This document shows positions 55,526-64,000 of a DNA stretch of 64,000 bases, in pieces. This DNA is from Methylococcales bacterium (GTDB lineage Bacteria; Pseudomonadota; Gammaproteobacteria; Methylococcales; Methylomonadaceae): contig JASMBU010000005.1 of the NCBI GenBank assembly GCA_030753675.1, positions 19,339 through 83,338 on the forward strand, given 5' to 3'. Under the pieces are notes generated by a model, which did not search any database, was not told the origin of the DNA, and saw nothing but the letters and a program-made list of their open reading frames with translations. The first letter of the stretch is position 1. Each line of letters starts with the position of its first letter. The position numbers were made by a program, and so were the translations under genes.

Positions 55526-56896
55526 GTGTCTTTTAGACGTTTAATGATGTTATTGCCGTTGTTTTTGGTGCCAGAGTTGGCGTTAGCGGAAGAGGCCAAT
55601 AACTTGGGACTAACCGGTACAGAAACGGGGATTTTTACGGTTCTTATTTTTATGATTGCTTATGGTTTTGTGATGGCTGAAGAATTCACCCATTTACGGA
55701 AATCAAAACCCGTTATTTTTGCAGGAGCAGTGATTTGGGCGCACGCTGCTCATCTGGCTTCAGAAGCTGGCGTGCCGCTAGAACAAACGCACCAAGTTTT
55801 CGAACGTAACTTGGTTGAATTTGCTGAGTTAATGTTGTTTTTGATTGTGGCAATGACTTATGTGAATGTATTGGCTGAGCGTAATGTGTTTAATGCTTTG
55901 CGGTCTTGGTTAGTGAGAAAACATTTTAGTTATCGACAGTTATTCATCATAACCGGCATCATTACCTTTTTCTTATCAGCTGTTGCTGATAATTTGACTT
56001 CAGCGTTATTGGTGGGTGCCGTTGTATTAGCGGTGGGTCAGGGGAATAAACGTTTTGTCAGTATAGGATTTGTTAACCTAGTTGTAGCCGCTAATGCGGG
56101 GGGTGCTTTTAGTCCGTTTGGCGACATTACTACGCTCATGGTTTGGCAGGCAGGTTATGCTGAGTTTTTTGATTTCTTTAGATTATTTATTCCGTCGGTC
56201 GTTAATTACGCAATTCCAGCAGCATTTATGTATTTTGCAGTTCCAAACGAACAGCCGGAACAATCTGCAGATGAGGCGGTTATTGGTCTGAAAAAAGGGG
56301 CGATTACTGTTTGTGCTTTATTTGGCTTAACTATTGGGTTAGCGGTGAGTTTCAAGCAGTTTGTTCATTTACCCCCATTTATGGGGATGATGTTGGGGCT
56401 GTCTATTTTAATGTTGTATGGCTATTACCTAAAGGTAACATGTGCGCAATATGAAGGTGATTATCGGTTCGATATTTTTCGCAAAGTACGTGATGCTGAG
56501 TGGGATACGCTCTTTTTCTTCTTTGGGGTTGTCTTTGCTGTAGGTGGGCTAGGTTATATCGGTTATCTGGAATTACTTTCGGGAGCGATGTATGACACGT
56601 TAGGCGCGACTACCGCTAATATTTTGGTCGGCGTTTTGTCAGCAATTATTGATAACATACCGGTTATGTTTGCCGTATTAAGTATGAATCTTGATATGGA
56701 TTTATATCAGTGGTTGCTAGTCACGTTAACTGCCGGTGTTGGTGGTTCATTACTTTCAATCGGTTCTGCAGCGGGTGTTGCCTTAATGGGGCAATCTAAG
56801 CAGATGTATACTTTTTTTAGTCATGTTAAATGGACACCGCACATTGCATTAGGTTATGCCGCTAGTATTTTAGTCCATTATCTGATTAATGGGTAG
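55526..56896 (+). CDS. nhaD: NhaD-family Na+/H+ antiporter
   Basis: 456-aa polytopic protein. SAVADNLTSALLVGAV and SAIIDNIPVMFAVL are NhaD/ArsB-superfamily hallmarks. Start is uncertain (GTG 55526 or ATG 55541). Confidence 0.75.
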   Translation: MSFRRLMMLLPLFLVPELALAEEANNLGLTGTETGIFTVLIFMIAYGFVMAEEFTHLRKSKPVIFAGAVIWAHAAHLASEAGVPLEQTHQVFERNLVEFAELMLFLIVAMTYVNVLAERNVFNALRSWLVRKHFSYRQLFIITGIITFFLSAVADNLTSALLVGAVVLAVGQGNKRFVSIGFVNLVVAANAGGAFSPFGDITTLMVWQAGYAEFFDFFRLFIPSVVNYAIPAAFMYFAVPNEQPEQSADEAVIGLKKGAITVCALFGLTIGLAVSFKQFVHLPPFMGMMLGLSILMLYGYYLKVTCAQYEGDYRFDIFRKVRDAEWDTLFFFFGVVFAVGGLGYIGYLELLSGAMYDTLGATTANILVGVLSAIIDNIPVMFAVLSMNLDMDLYQWLLVTLTAGVGGSLLSIGSAAGVALMGQSKQMYTFFSHVKWTPHIALGYAASILVHYLING

Positions 56897-56936
56897 TTTG
56901 AGTTTGCTTCATTCTTGGTGAATGAGGCAATGATGT

Positions 56937-58250
56937 ATGGCTGATATGCCTTTTCAAGGATGGCTGAATGCATTGCGGGTTTATCGTCAACCTCGGGTGA
57001 TTGCAATGATCTTCCTGGGGTTCTCGGCGGGGCTACCTTTTTTGTTGGTTTTTTCTACGCTGTCGGCGTGGTTACGCGATGAGGGGGTTGCCCGCTCCAT
57101 TATTGGTTATTTCGGCTGGGTCGGTATGACCTATTCGGTAAAAGTTCTTTGGGCGCCAATCGTTGATAAGGTGTCGTTGTTAGGGTTAACACAGTGGTTA
57201 GGCCGTAGGCGTAGTTGGTTGCTTTCTGCGCAATTGGGAATTGCTTTAGGTCTGTATTATCTGGCCCAGTTAAATGTTGAAACTGAGATTGAGAGGGTGG
57301 CGATTTGCGCTGTCTTTATTGCTTTTTGTTCAGCAACGCAAGATATTGTGATCGATGCTTTTCGTATTGAAGCAGCAGCGGTGAAGTTTCAAGGCGCTAT
57401 GGCTGCGGCCTATGTGTTTGGATATCGGTTGGCATTGTTGATGGCCGGTGCTGGGGCATTGTATATTGCAGATTTTTATAGTTGGCAAATAGCCTATCTT
57501 GTTATGGCCACTTTGATGGGGGTCGGTATAGTGACAACGCTATTATTAAAAGAGCCGGCAACTACAATATTAACAAAGGATGCTCATTCGCTAGAAGGCG
57601 GTTTGAGGCCGTCAAAAAAAGTACTGGCTTGGTTTGTGGGGGCAGTGATTAGTCCTTTTAGTGATTTCTTTAGGCGTTTTGGTCGTTTTGGTTTTACGGT
57701 TCTTGCTTTGGTTGCAGTTTATAAGCTGAGTGATATTACGATGGGGATGATGGCAAATCCTTTTTATCTTGATTTAGGGTTTACAAAACAGGAGATAGCG
57801 CAAGTCACGAAGGTTTTTGGTTTTTTTATGACGCTGCTGGGTGCTTTTGTCGGCGGCGTGATGGTGGTTCGTCATGGGGTCATGCGGCCGTTGGTTTTAG
57901 GGGCGGTGTTGATTGCAACGACTAACCTGTTGTTTTCGTTTTTAGCGGTCATTGAGCCTGATTTACAATGGTTGGCGATTGTTGTGAGTATGGATAATTT
58001 AAGCGGCGGGTTGGCAACAGCTATTTTTATTGCCTATTTATCCAGTTTAACCAGCAGTGCGCATACGGCAACGCAATATGCCTTGTTTAGCTCTTTGATG
58101 ACGTTGCCAGCTAAATTTATCAGTGGCTTTTCAGGTGTGATTGTTGATAGCTACGGGTATTATCATTTTTTTCTATTTGCAGCTGGGTTGGGGCTTCCGG
58201 CTATTATTTTAGCCGTTATCGTTTTCCGGCGTTCTAAGGTTGTCTTATAA
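56937..58250 (+). CDS. ampG: AmpG-family muropeptide MFS permease
   Basis: 437-aa MFS protein. The N-terminus ...RVIAMIFLGFSAGLPFLLVFSTLSAWLRDEGV and VKVLWAPIVD match AmpG. Confidence 0.85.
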   Translation: MADMPFQGWLNALRVYRQPRVIAMIFLGFSAGLPFLLVFSTLSAWLRDEGVARSIIGYFGWVGMTYSVKVLWAPIVDKVSLLGLTQWLGRRRSWLLSAQLGIALGLYYLAQLNVETEIERVAICAVFIAFCSATQDIVIDAFRIEAAAVKFQGAMAAAYVFGYRLALLMAGAGALYIADFYSWQIAYLVMATLMGVGIVTTLLLKEPATTILTKDAHSLEGGLRPSKKVLAWFVGAVISPFSDFFRRFGRFGFTVLALVAVYKLSDITMGMMANPFYLDLGFTKQEIAQVTKVFGFFMTLLGAFVGGVMVVRHGVMRPLVLGAVLIATTNLLFSFLAVIEPDLQWLAIVVSMDNLSGGLATAIFIAYLSSLTSSAHTATQYALFSSLMTLPAKFISGFSGVIVDSYGYYHFFLFAAGLGLPAIILAVIVFRRSKVVL

Positions 58251-58261
58251 TAGGCGTGTTT

Positions 58262-59035
58262 TTAAAGATCCAGTGCATAATCAATAATTAAGGGGGCGTG
58301 ATCAGAGAACCGCTCGTCTTTGTATATAGTGGCTGATTGTGCTTTATCTTTCAGGTTTGGGCTAGATAGCTGGTAGTCGATACGCCAGCCAACATTCTTA
58401 GACCATGATTGGCCGCGGTTAGACCACCAAGTGTATTGTTCAGGGTCAGAATTGAGCCTGCGAAAAGTATCATTCCAAAGATTTTTTTCAATAAGTTGAT
58501 CCATCCAGGCGCGTTCTTCGGGGAGGAATCCCGAATTCTTTTTATTACCGCGCCAATTTTTTAAGTCTATTTCTTTATGGGCGATATTCCAGTCACCACA
58601 AATGATATATTGGCGACCATTGTTTGAGAACTCATTTAATAAAGGTATAAGGCGTTCTAGGAATTCAAATTTTATTAATTGTCTTTCTTCGTTGGAGGAG
58701 CCAGAAGGAAGATATAAAGAAATAATACTAAGATTTCCAAACTGAGCCTCAAGGTAACGACCTTCAGTATCAGCGGTTGACCAGCCGAGGTTTTTAATGA
58801 TTTTGAACGGTTTCTTTTTGCTATAAATAGCCACGCCACTGTAGCCTTTTTTGACAGCGTCGTGGTAATAGCAGTGGTAGGGCTTAGGCCAAAATATATC
58901 GGCGCTGAGTTGTTCTACTTGGGCTTTGGTTTCTTGAATACAGATGGCATCGGCATTTTGATGCGGTAACCATTCGAAGAAACCCTTTCGGGCAGCAGCA
59001 CGGATGCCATTTGCATTGAGTGTTATTATGCGCAT
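58262..59035 (-). CDS. xthA: Exodeoxyribonuclease III
   Basis: MRIITLNANGIRAA, CIQETK, GDWNIAH, and SDHAPL motifs of the EEP-fold AP endonuclease. Confidence 0.93.
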   Translation of the reverse strand: MRIITLNANGIRAAARKGFFEWLPHQNADAICIQETKAQVEQLSADIFWPKPYHCYYHDAVKKGYSGVAIYSKKKPFKIIKNLGWSTADTEGRYLEAQFGNLSIISLYLPSGSSNEERQLIKFEFLERLIPLLNEFSNNGRQYIICGDWNIAHKEIDLKNWRGNKKNSGFLPEERAWMDQLIEKNLWNDTFRRLNSDPEQYTWWSNRGQSWSKNVGWRIDYQLSSPNLKDKAQSATIYKDERFSDHAPLIIDYALDL

Positions 59036-59128
59036 TAGTGAAAAGTATATTGCTAGATTTGAGTAAGGTAGGTATTATATGCAGTTAACTGTAAGTGTTG
59101 TAACTAATTTAATCGGTGCGTTGTTTAA

Positions 59129-59329
59129 ATGAAACAAGAAATTCATCCAGAGTATAATCAAATTACGGTAACCTGCGGTTGCGGTAATAATTTTCAAACA
59201 GGGTCGGTATTAGGTAAGGACCTTCATGTAGAAGTTTGTTCAGCATGTCATCCTTTTTATACGGGTAAGCAAAGAATTGTAGATACAGCTGGCCGAGTCA
59301 ATAAATTCCACGAGAAATACGGAAAATAG
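59129..59329 (+). CDS. rpmE: 50S ribosomal protein L31 (zinc-binding type)
   Basis: MKQEIHPEY..., CGCG...[12 protein letters not shown], 66 aa. Confidence 0.96.
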   Translation: MKQEIHPEYNQITVTCGCGNNFQTGSVLGKDLHVEVCSACHPFYTGKQRIVDTAGRVNKFHEKYGK

Positions 59330-59360
59330 ACACCCCTCTAGTTGGCGGTGGCTGTTTTTT

Positions 59361-59400
59361 AAAGGGTTGCTTAGTAAACACTTGGCAGCCCTTTTAGTTT
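59361..59400 (+). terminator. Probable rho-independent terminator after rpmE
   Basis: Stem AAAGGGTTGC / GCAGCCCTTT (10 bp, one G-U pair) with a long 14-nt loop, followed by TAGTTTTT. Confidence 0.5.
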
Positions 59401-59416
59401 TTGGTGCTTTGCGTGT

Positions 59417-61720
59417 TTAGAAAAGGCTTTCTATGGGTGTAATATTATCATTAACGGGTGTTTTTTGATGGCGTTCTTCAGCTGTTTGGGTGGGTGCCAG
59501 TTCTTGACGAAAATATTCCCAAACCCCCTTGTTCGTTGGTTTCTCAGGTAGTCCTGTTGTTGGGTTGATGTAGCTTTTAACGATGCCTTTAGGCGGAGTT
59601 AAGGATACTTCATGCGATTCTTGTAATGCAGTTTTCATATAGTCTATCCACATAGGAAGTGATGCTCGTCCGCCCGTTTCTTTTTTTCCCAACGGTTTAG
59701 AATTATCGTAACCAACCCAGGTGATCGTAGTTATTTCAGGGGAAAAGCCATTAAACCACGCGTCGCGTTGTTGATTGGTTGTGCCTGTTTTTCCTGCCAG
59801 ATCTTTTCTGCCGAGTGCTTTTGCTCGTCTTGCCGTGCCTCGATTAACGACATCTTGCAATAGGCTATTCATTAAGAAGCAAACTTCAGGTGAGATAATT
59901 CTAGGGGCATAGTTGTTTTTATGTTGTTGGGTCGTAGAGCAGGTTGGGCATGCAATCTTTTTCTGGGTTTGAAAAATAATGTCACCTTGGTTATTTTCTA
60001 TGCGTTCAATGGCATAGGGTTCTATCAAAAACCCTCCGTTCGCAAAAACAGAAAAGATTCGAGACATTTCTAACGGAGATGCAGTGCCACTTCCTAGAGC
60101 TAACGTTAAGTTTTTGGGGAGTTGAGTTTCTGAAAAACCAAAACGTTTGGCCGTTGAAATTATTTTATCCAGACCGATTTCCCGTAGTAATCGTATTGAA
60201 ATTAGGTTTCTTGATTTTCTTAATGCTGTTCTTAATCGCGTGGGACCAAAGAACTTGCCGCTGTAGTTTTCAGGACGCCATTCAGCTTTGTTGGATGTGC
60301 CTTCATAAACGATAGGCGCGTCATTAATGATGCTGGCCGCGGTATAACCATTTTCTAAGGCAGTGGAGTAGAGTATGGGTTTGAAACCAGATCCAGGCTG
60401 GCGTTTGAGTTGAGTAGCTCGATTAAATTTACTGCGATGAAAATCAAAGCCGCCAACGAGTGAAATAATAGCGCCTGTTTGAGGGCTGATAGAGATGAGG
60501 GCGCCTTCAACTTCAGGTTCTTGACTTAGCCGCCATTGGCCATTTGTAGATTGTCTTACTCTAATCAGAGTATCGGGTTGGAAGTTTTGTGCAAAGCTAT
60601 TGTCTTCGGCCGTACGCCGAGTAGGTAGTGCCCATTTAAAATTTTCCCGAGAGATAGTAATAGAATCTGCATTAGATAATTGAGCCGTGATGATTTGGTC
60701 TTCAGTTGCTGTTTTTACGGTAGCAAGGATGGTATCTCCTATATGCTCTGGGCTAACTGTTGGGTCGATGAGGTCGCCTCGGTAACCGTGACGTTCATCA
60801 TAATTGTGTAAGGCTTTTTGCAGGGCGCGGGTGGCCGTTTGTTGGAGTTTAAAATTTAAAGTGGTGTAGACTTTTAGTCCTGACTCATAAGCTTTATCAC
60901 CGAGTAACTCTATAACTTCTGATCTGACCATGTCAGAAAAATAGGCGGCAGCGACTGTGCTAAGTTGTTTTTGTTTGCTGGCTGTAATCGGTTGGGCAGA
61001 AGCTTCAGCAAATTCAACAGGGGTAATATACCCTAAAGATAGCATTCTATTTAAGACATAGTTACGTCGAATTAAGGCGCGGTCGGGATCATTAATAGGA
61101 TTTAGGGTTGAGGGTGCTTTAGGTAAACCGGCAATCATTGCCAATTGAGCAAGAGACAACTTTGCAAGGGGTTTGCCATAGTAAACATCGGCGGCAGCAA
61201 CAACACCATAAGCTTTACGACCTAAAAATATTTTGTTGATATAAAGTTCTAGAATTTCGTTTTTAGTTAATTCATTTTCAATTTTTAATGCCAAGATAAT
61301 TTCTTTTATCTTTCGGGTGTATGTTTTTTCACGAGTAAGTAGAAAATTTCGGGCCACTTGCATAGTGATTGTGCTGCCACCTTGTTTCTTTTTACCAGAA
61401 GCGACGAGTTTAACGATGGCGCGTAATAGGCCACGTAAATCAACACCATTATGGCTATAAAAGCGTTGGTCTTCGGAAGCAATAAAGGCGTTAATGAGTT
61501 TCTGAGGAACTTTATTGTAGGAAACGGGGTTGCGTTTTTTTTCACCAAATTGGGCAATGAGAATATGGTTTTGACTGTAGATTTTGAGGGGTGTTTGGTA
61601 GTTAATGTTTTTTAAAGAGGCGGTGTTGGGTAGGTTGGTAATTATAGTTGTATAGATCAAGATACTTAATAACGTAAGTCCCGCGATAAGAGTGGTGACA
61701 AGTAGGACAGTTTTGCTCAT
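59417..61720 (-). CDS. mrcA: Penicillin-binding protein 1A (bifunctional glycosyltransferase/transpeptidase)
   Basis: 767 aa. GT51 motifs EDQRFYSHNGVD, GGSTITMQVARN and RKIKEIILALKIE. Transpeptidase motifs SGFKP (SxxK) and KTGTTN. Confidence 0.95.
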   Translation of the reverse strand: MSKTVLLVTTLIAGLTLLSILIYTTIITNLPNTASLKNINYQTPLKIYSQNHILIAQFGEKKRNPVSYNKVPQKLINAFIASEDQRFYSHNGVDLRGLLRAIVKLVASGKKKQGGSTITMQVARNFLLTREKTYTRKIKEIILALKIENELTKNEILELYINKIFLGRKAYGVVAAADVYYGKPLAKLSLAQLAMIAGLPKAPSTLNPINDPDRALIRRNYVLNRMLSLGYITPVEFAEASAQPITASKQKQLSTVAAAYFSDMVRSEVIELLGDKAYESGLKVYTTLNFKLQQTATRALQKALHNYDERHGYRGDLIDPTVSPEHIGDTILATVKTATEDQIITAQLSNADSITISRENFKWALPTRRTAEDNSFAQNFQPDTLIRVRQSTNGQWRLSQEPEVEGALISISPQTGAIISLVGGFDFHRSKFNRATQLKRQPGSGFKPILYSTALENGYTAASIINDAPIVYEGTSNKAEWRPENYSGKFFGPTRLRTALRKSRNLISIRLLREIGLDKIISTAKRFGFSETQLPKNLTLALGSGTASPLEMSRIFSVFANGGFLIEPYAIERIENNQGDIIFQTQKKIACPTCSTTQQHKNNYAPRIISPEVCFLMNSLLQDVVNRGTARRAKALGRKDLAGKTGTTNQQRDAWFNGFSPEITTITWVGYDNSKPLGKKETGGRASLPMWIDYMKTALQESHEVSLTPPKGIVKSYINPTTGLPEKPTNKGVWEYFRQELAPTQTAEERHQKTPVNDNITPIESLF

Positions 61721-61945
61721 TGAGTCATTGAGTGGGTTATTTTGTTAGTTTTTGAAGTATCGGGCAAGAAAGATATGAGTTAGTAATTTTGATCATTAAG
61801 TTTACCAAAATTTGTTACTAAAGTAAGTAATAAGCATCTGCGTAAGGCGTGTTGCCGAGTAAGTTTTTTTTAAAAAAATTGGGGTAAATGTAATCACAGG
61901 CTATATTTTAAGAAAAATTAAACAAGTCATCAGAGTTTAAAGGTA

Positions 61946-62056
61946 ATGATTTTTCTGAAAAAAATAGCTGATCAATTAAAGCAATATTTTTTCTCTACGG
62001 GTGATTCATTAGTTACTGTTGCAATTAGTGGAGAAGTGTATGTCGTCAAAACAATT
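61946..62056 (+). pseudogene. Possible 5' stub of pilM, truncated by the IS
   Basis: ATG 61946 with AAAGG Shine-Dalgarno. MIFLKKIADQLKQYFFSTGDSLVTVAISGEVYVVKT loosely resembles the PilM N-terminus (M..L.KKK...LLGIDISSTSVKLLEL). It is divergent from mrcA, as pilM is in Pseudomonas. The reading frame runs into IS sequence and stops at 62080. Similarity is weak. Confidence 0.3.
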
Positions 62057-62088
62057 AGGACTATTAGCGGCCTGATTTAAGAGACAGA

Positions 62089-63081
62089 TTAGTTCATTGG
62101 GTTGTGTTGTTTATCGTAATGTAATTGCTTACGCATAGACAACGTGTTTTGTTTAATTATTTTCCGTTGATTGAGTATTTCAGTATCACGGCCATAAAAC
62201 ACATCTGATGGTGTTAGATTGTTCAAGGATTCATGATAACGCTCATGATTGTAATAATGAACAAAACGCTGCAATAGCTACTCAAGTTCACAAGGAAAAT
62301 AATAGTTATTCAACAATATTTTATTCTTCATTGAACGATGCCAACGTTCAATCTTGTCCTGAGCCTGGGGGTGATAGGGGCGACCACGGGTATGGGTCAT
62401 CTCATTTTCTTCCAAATAGTCAGCTAGCTCACCGGAAATATAACAAGGACCATTATCACTCAATAAACGGGGTTTATGATTGACCTTGATCGTATCAAGA
62501 CCAGTAAAGCGCAAGGCATCATCAAACGTATCGGATACATCCGTGGCACTCATGGTTTTGCATAACCGCCAGGACACAATAAAACGTGAGTAGTCATCTA
62601 ACACCGTTGATAAATAATACCAACCCCAGCCTACAATCTTGAAGTAGGTGAAGTCCGTTTGCCACATTTCATTAACACGGACCGTGGGATTCTGAAATTT
62701 AGCGCTAGCAATCATCAAAATATACGCAGGACTAGTAATGAGATCCTGTGCTTTCAATAGCCGATAAACTGTCGATTCCGAAATAAAATAGGCCTTATCA
62801 TCGGTATAAGTGAATGCCAGTTCTCGAGGCGAAAGTTCTGGTTGATCCAATGCCAAATCAATAATGGCCTCACAATGCGTTTCTGCAATCCTATTCCAAA
62901 CCACTTGGGGTAATGGCTTCTTATCCCCCAGACCATCAAAACCTCTGTCTTCATAACGCTTCAGCCAGTTGTAAAAGGTTGATTTGTGAATAGCCAACCG
63001 CGCTAACGTTTGTCGAACAGATAAGTCTGAGTGCTGTACCAATTGAATGATTTCATATTTCTCAGTAGCTGAATATCTCAT
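62089..63081 (-). pseudogene. IS3-family transposase OrfB (DDE integrase core) interrupted by an in-frame TAG
   Basis: DDE triad context: WQTDFTY...LSTVLDDYSRF, LLSDNGPCY, and DKIERWHRSMK. The frame reads ...YYFPCELE-TAG-LLQRFVHYYNHERYHESLNNLTP..., with the stop at 62278-62280 (minus strand). The conserved YYNxxRxHxxL tail therefore lies after an in-frame stop. Confidence 0.85.
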
Positions 63082-63440
63082 GTATCGGCCTCCCCATCCC
63101 CGAGTACGCTTTTTTTGAGTAGACGGTTTTCCAGAACCATTTCACCCAGGGTCTCTTTAAGCGCCGCTGTTTCAGACCGTAAAGATTTGACTTCATCTGA
63201 CGTCGCTTCACGAACTACGTCCCCTGACAGGCGCTTTTTACCCGCCTCCATAAAGTCCTTTGACCAGCGGTAATAAACATTAGGATTAATACCTTCTCGT
63301 CGACACAACTCAGCAATGCTATCTTCTCCTCGCAGACCCTCCAGTACAATACGAATCTTTTCTTCGGCTGAGTATTGTTTACGAGTGTGCCGACGGATAT
63401 CGCGCACGGTCTTTTCTACACTTGTTTTTTCTTTCATCAT
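63078..63440 (-). CDS. IS3-family transposase OrfA (HTH DNA-binding subunit)
   Basis: 120 aa. RKQYSAEEKIRIVLEGLRGEDSIAELCRREGINPNVYYRWSKDF (HTH) followed by a leucine-zipper-like segment. An A7 run (plus-strand T7 at 63110-63116) lies where both frames are open, consistent with -1 frameshifting into orfB. Confidence 0.9.
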   Translation of the reverse strand: MMKEKTSVEKTVRDIRRHTRKQYSAEEKIRIVLEGLRGEDSIAELCRREGINPNVYYRWSKDFMEAGKKRLSGDVVREATSDEVKSLRSETAALKETLGEMVLENRLLKKSVLGDGEADT

Positions 63441-63506
63441 TGTTTCCTCTGTAAAGTTAACAATGAACTAAAAGTATCTCTTAGGCAATTTAACTAATTG
63501 GTCCAC

Positions 63507-63659
63507 ATGGCGTTGACGGGGTACAATTATCGGGTTCCTTTTTTAGCCAATATTCCTCTTTTTGGAAATCTATTTAAAAAGAATGTAGACAGTGAGGATA
63601 AAAAGGAGTTGTTGGTTTTTGTGACCCCTAATTTTGTTACCAGCCGGCGCGCTCAATAA
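63507..63659 (+). pseudogene. pilQ: 3' remnant of the type IV pilus secretin gene pilQ (last ~45 codons)
   Basis: Translation MALTGYNYRVPFLANIPLFGNLFKKNVDSEDKKELLVFVTPNFVTSRRAQ*. The block VP.L..IP..G.LF...........ELL.F.TP is the hallmark secretin C-terminus. It sits immediately upstream of aroK, as pilQ does in Pseudomonas-type synteny, and directly abuts the IS end. Confidence 0.75.
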
Positions 63660-63680
63660 TAAGCAGCTATATAAAAAGTT

Positions 63681-63708
63681 AAAAAGGGGGCATAATGCCC
63701 CTTTTTTA
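63681..63708 (+). terminator. Rho-independent terminator (former pilQ terminator)
   Basis: AAAAAGGGGGC ATAAT GCCCCTTTTTT: a GC-rich stem flanked by an A-tract and a T-tract. Confidence 0.85.
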
Positions 63709-63736
63709 TTGGCAATGTAGTGGCTAACTCGTTTTA

Positions 63737-64000
63737 ATGATCTTGAAAAGAAATATATACCTAATAGGACCTATGGGTGTGGGTAAGACAACCATTGGTC
63801 GGCAGTTGGCCAAAAGACTGGGCGCTCCTTTTTATGATAGTGATAAAGTCATCGAGGAGCACACAGGTGTTGATATCGCCACAATTTTTGAATTTGAAGG
63901 AGAGTCTGGGTTTAGGCGGCGAGAGAAAAAGATTATTGAAGAATTGGTGGGGTTAGAAAGGGTTATCTTAGCCACCGGTGGTGGCGTTGTGCTTGATGAA
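63737..64000 (+). CDS. aroK: Shikimate kinase (5' part; continues beyond window)
   Basis: My own translation, not in the ORF track: [88 protein letters not shown]. It is collinear with E. coli AroK, with Walker A GPMGVGKT. Confidence 0.93.
   Translation, partial: MILKRNIYLIGPMGVGKTTIGRQLAKRLGAPFYDSDKVIEEHTGVDIATIFEFEGESGFRRREKKIIEELVGLERVILATGGGVVLDE

Larger units (their letters stand above)
62057..63506 (-). mobile_element. IS3-family insertion sequence (about 1.45 kb; ends accurate to roughly 20 bp)
   Basis: orfA (HTH) plus orfB (DDE) with a -1 frame overlap and an A7G slippery run. Imperfect terminal inverted repeats: left GGACTATTAG...TAAGAGACAGATTAGTTCATTG versus the reverse complement of the right end, TGGACCAATTAG...TAAGAGATACTTTTAGTTCATTG. 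No target-site duplication could be identified. Confidence 0.85.

Noticed and set aside
62208-62483. 91-aa plus-strand ORF inside the IS3 element.
   Set aside because: It is antisense to the transposase orfB and has no recognisable features. Shadow ORF.

Overview
This window looks like core chromosome of a non-enteric gammaproteobacterium, moderately AT-rich by eye, and almost every long ORF has a recognisable housekeeping function. In order, it holds:
- priA-argS-ftsN-like, ispB, rplU-rpmA-obg-proB, rpsT, and murJ-ribF-ileS-lspA.
- ampD and nadC, then the dolP-diaA-yraN-lpoA / rsmI cluster.
- RNase P RNA (rnpB).
- A complete dcw cluster, mraZ-rsmH-ftsL-ftsI-murE-murF-mraY-murD-ftsW-murG-murC-murB-ddl-ftsQ-ftsA-ftsZ-lpxC, with a recognisable Pmra promoter and a triple MraZ operator.
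- A DUF721/DciA-like gene, secA, trmL and an orphan DsrH/TusB-like gene.
- gpsA-secB-rhodanese, then gpmI-envC-ctpA-yibQ.
- A cysI/DUF934 pair, nhaD, ampG, xthA, rpmE and mrcA (PBP1A).
- An IS3-family element, then the start of aroK.

I found no convincing novel multi-gene system. The only accessory or decayed DNA is:
1. The IS3 element. It sits where the conserved pilMNOPQ operon should lie between mrcA and aroK, leaving only a clear PilQ C-terminal stub and a possible pilM 5' stub. Its transposase orfB also carries an in-frame TAG.
2. An oversized envC-ctpA spacer holding a start-less ORF that resembles the C-terminus of an RTX/T1SS-type protein.
3. An orphan HNH nuclease gene at the left edge.

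All family calls come from motif and synteny recognition by eye. No database search was run.
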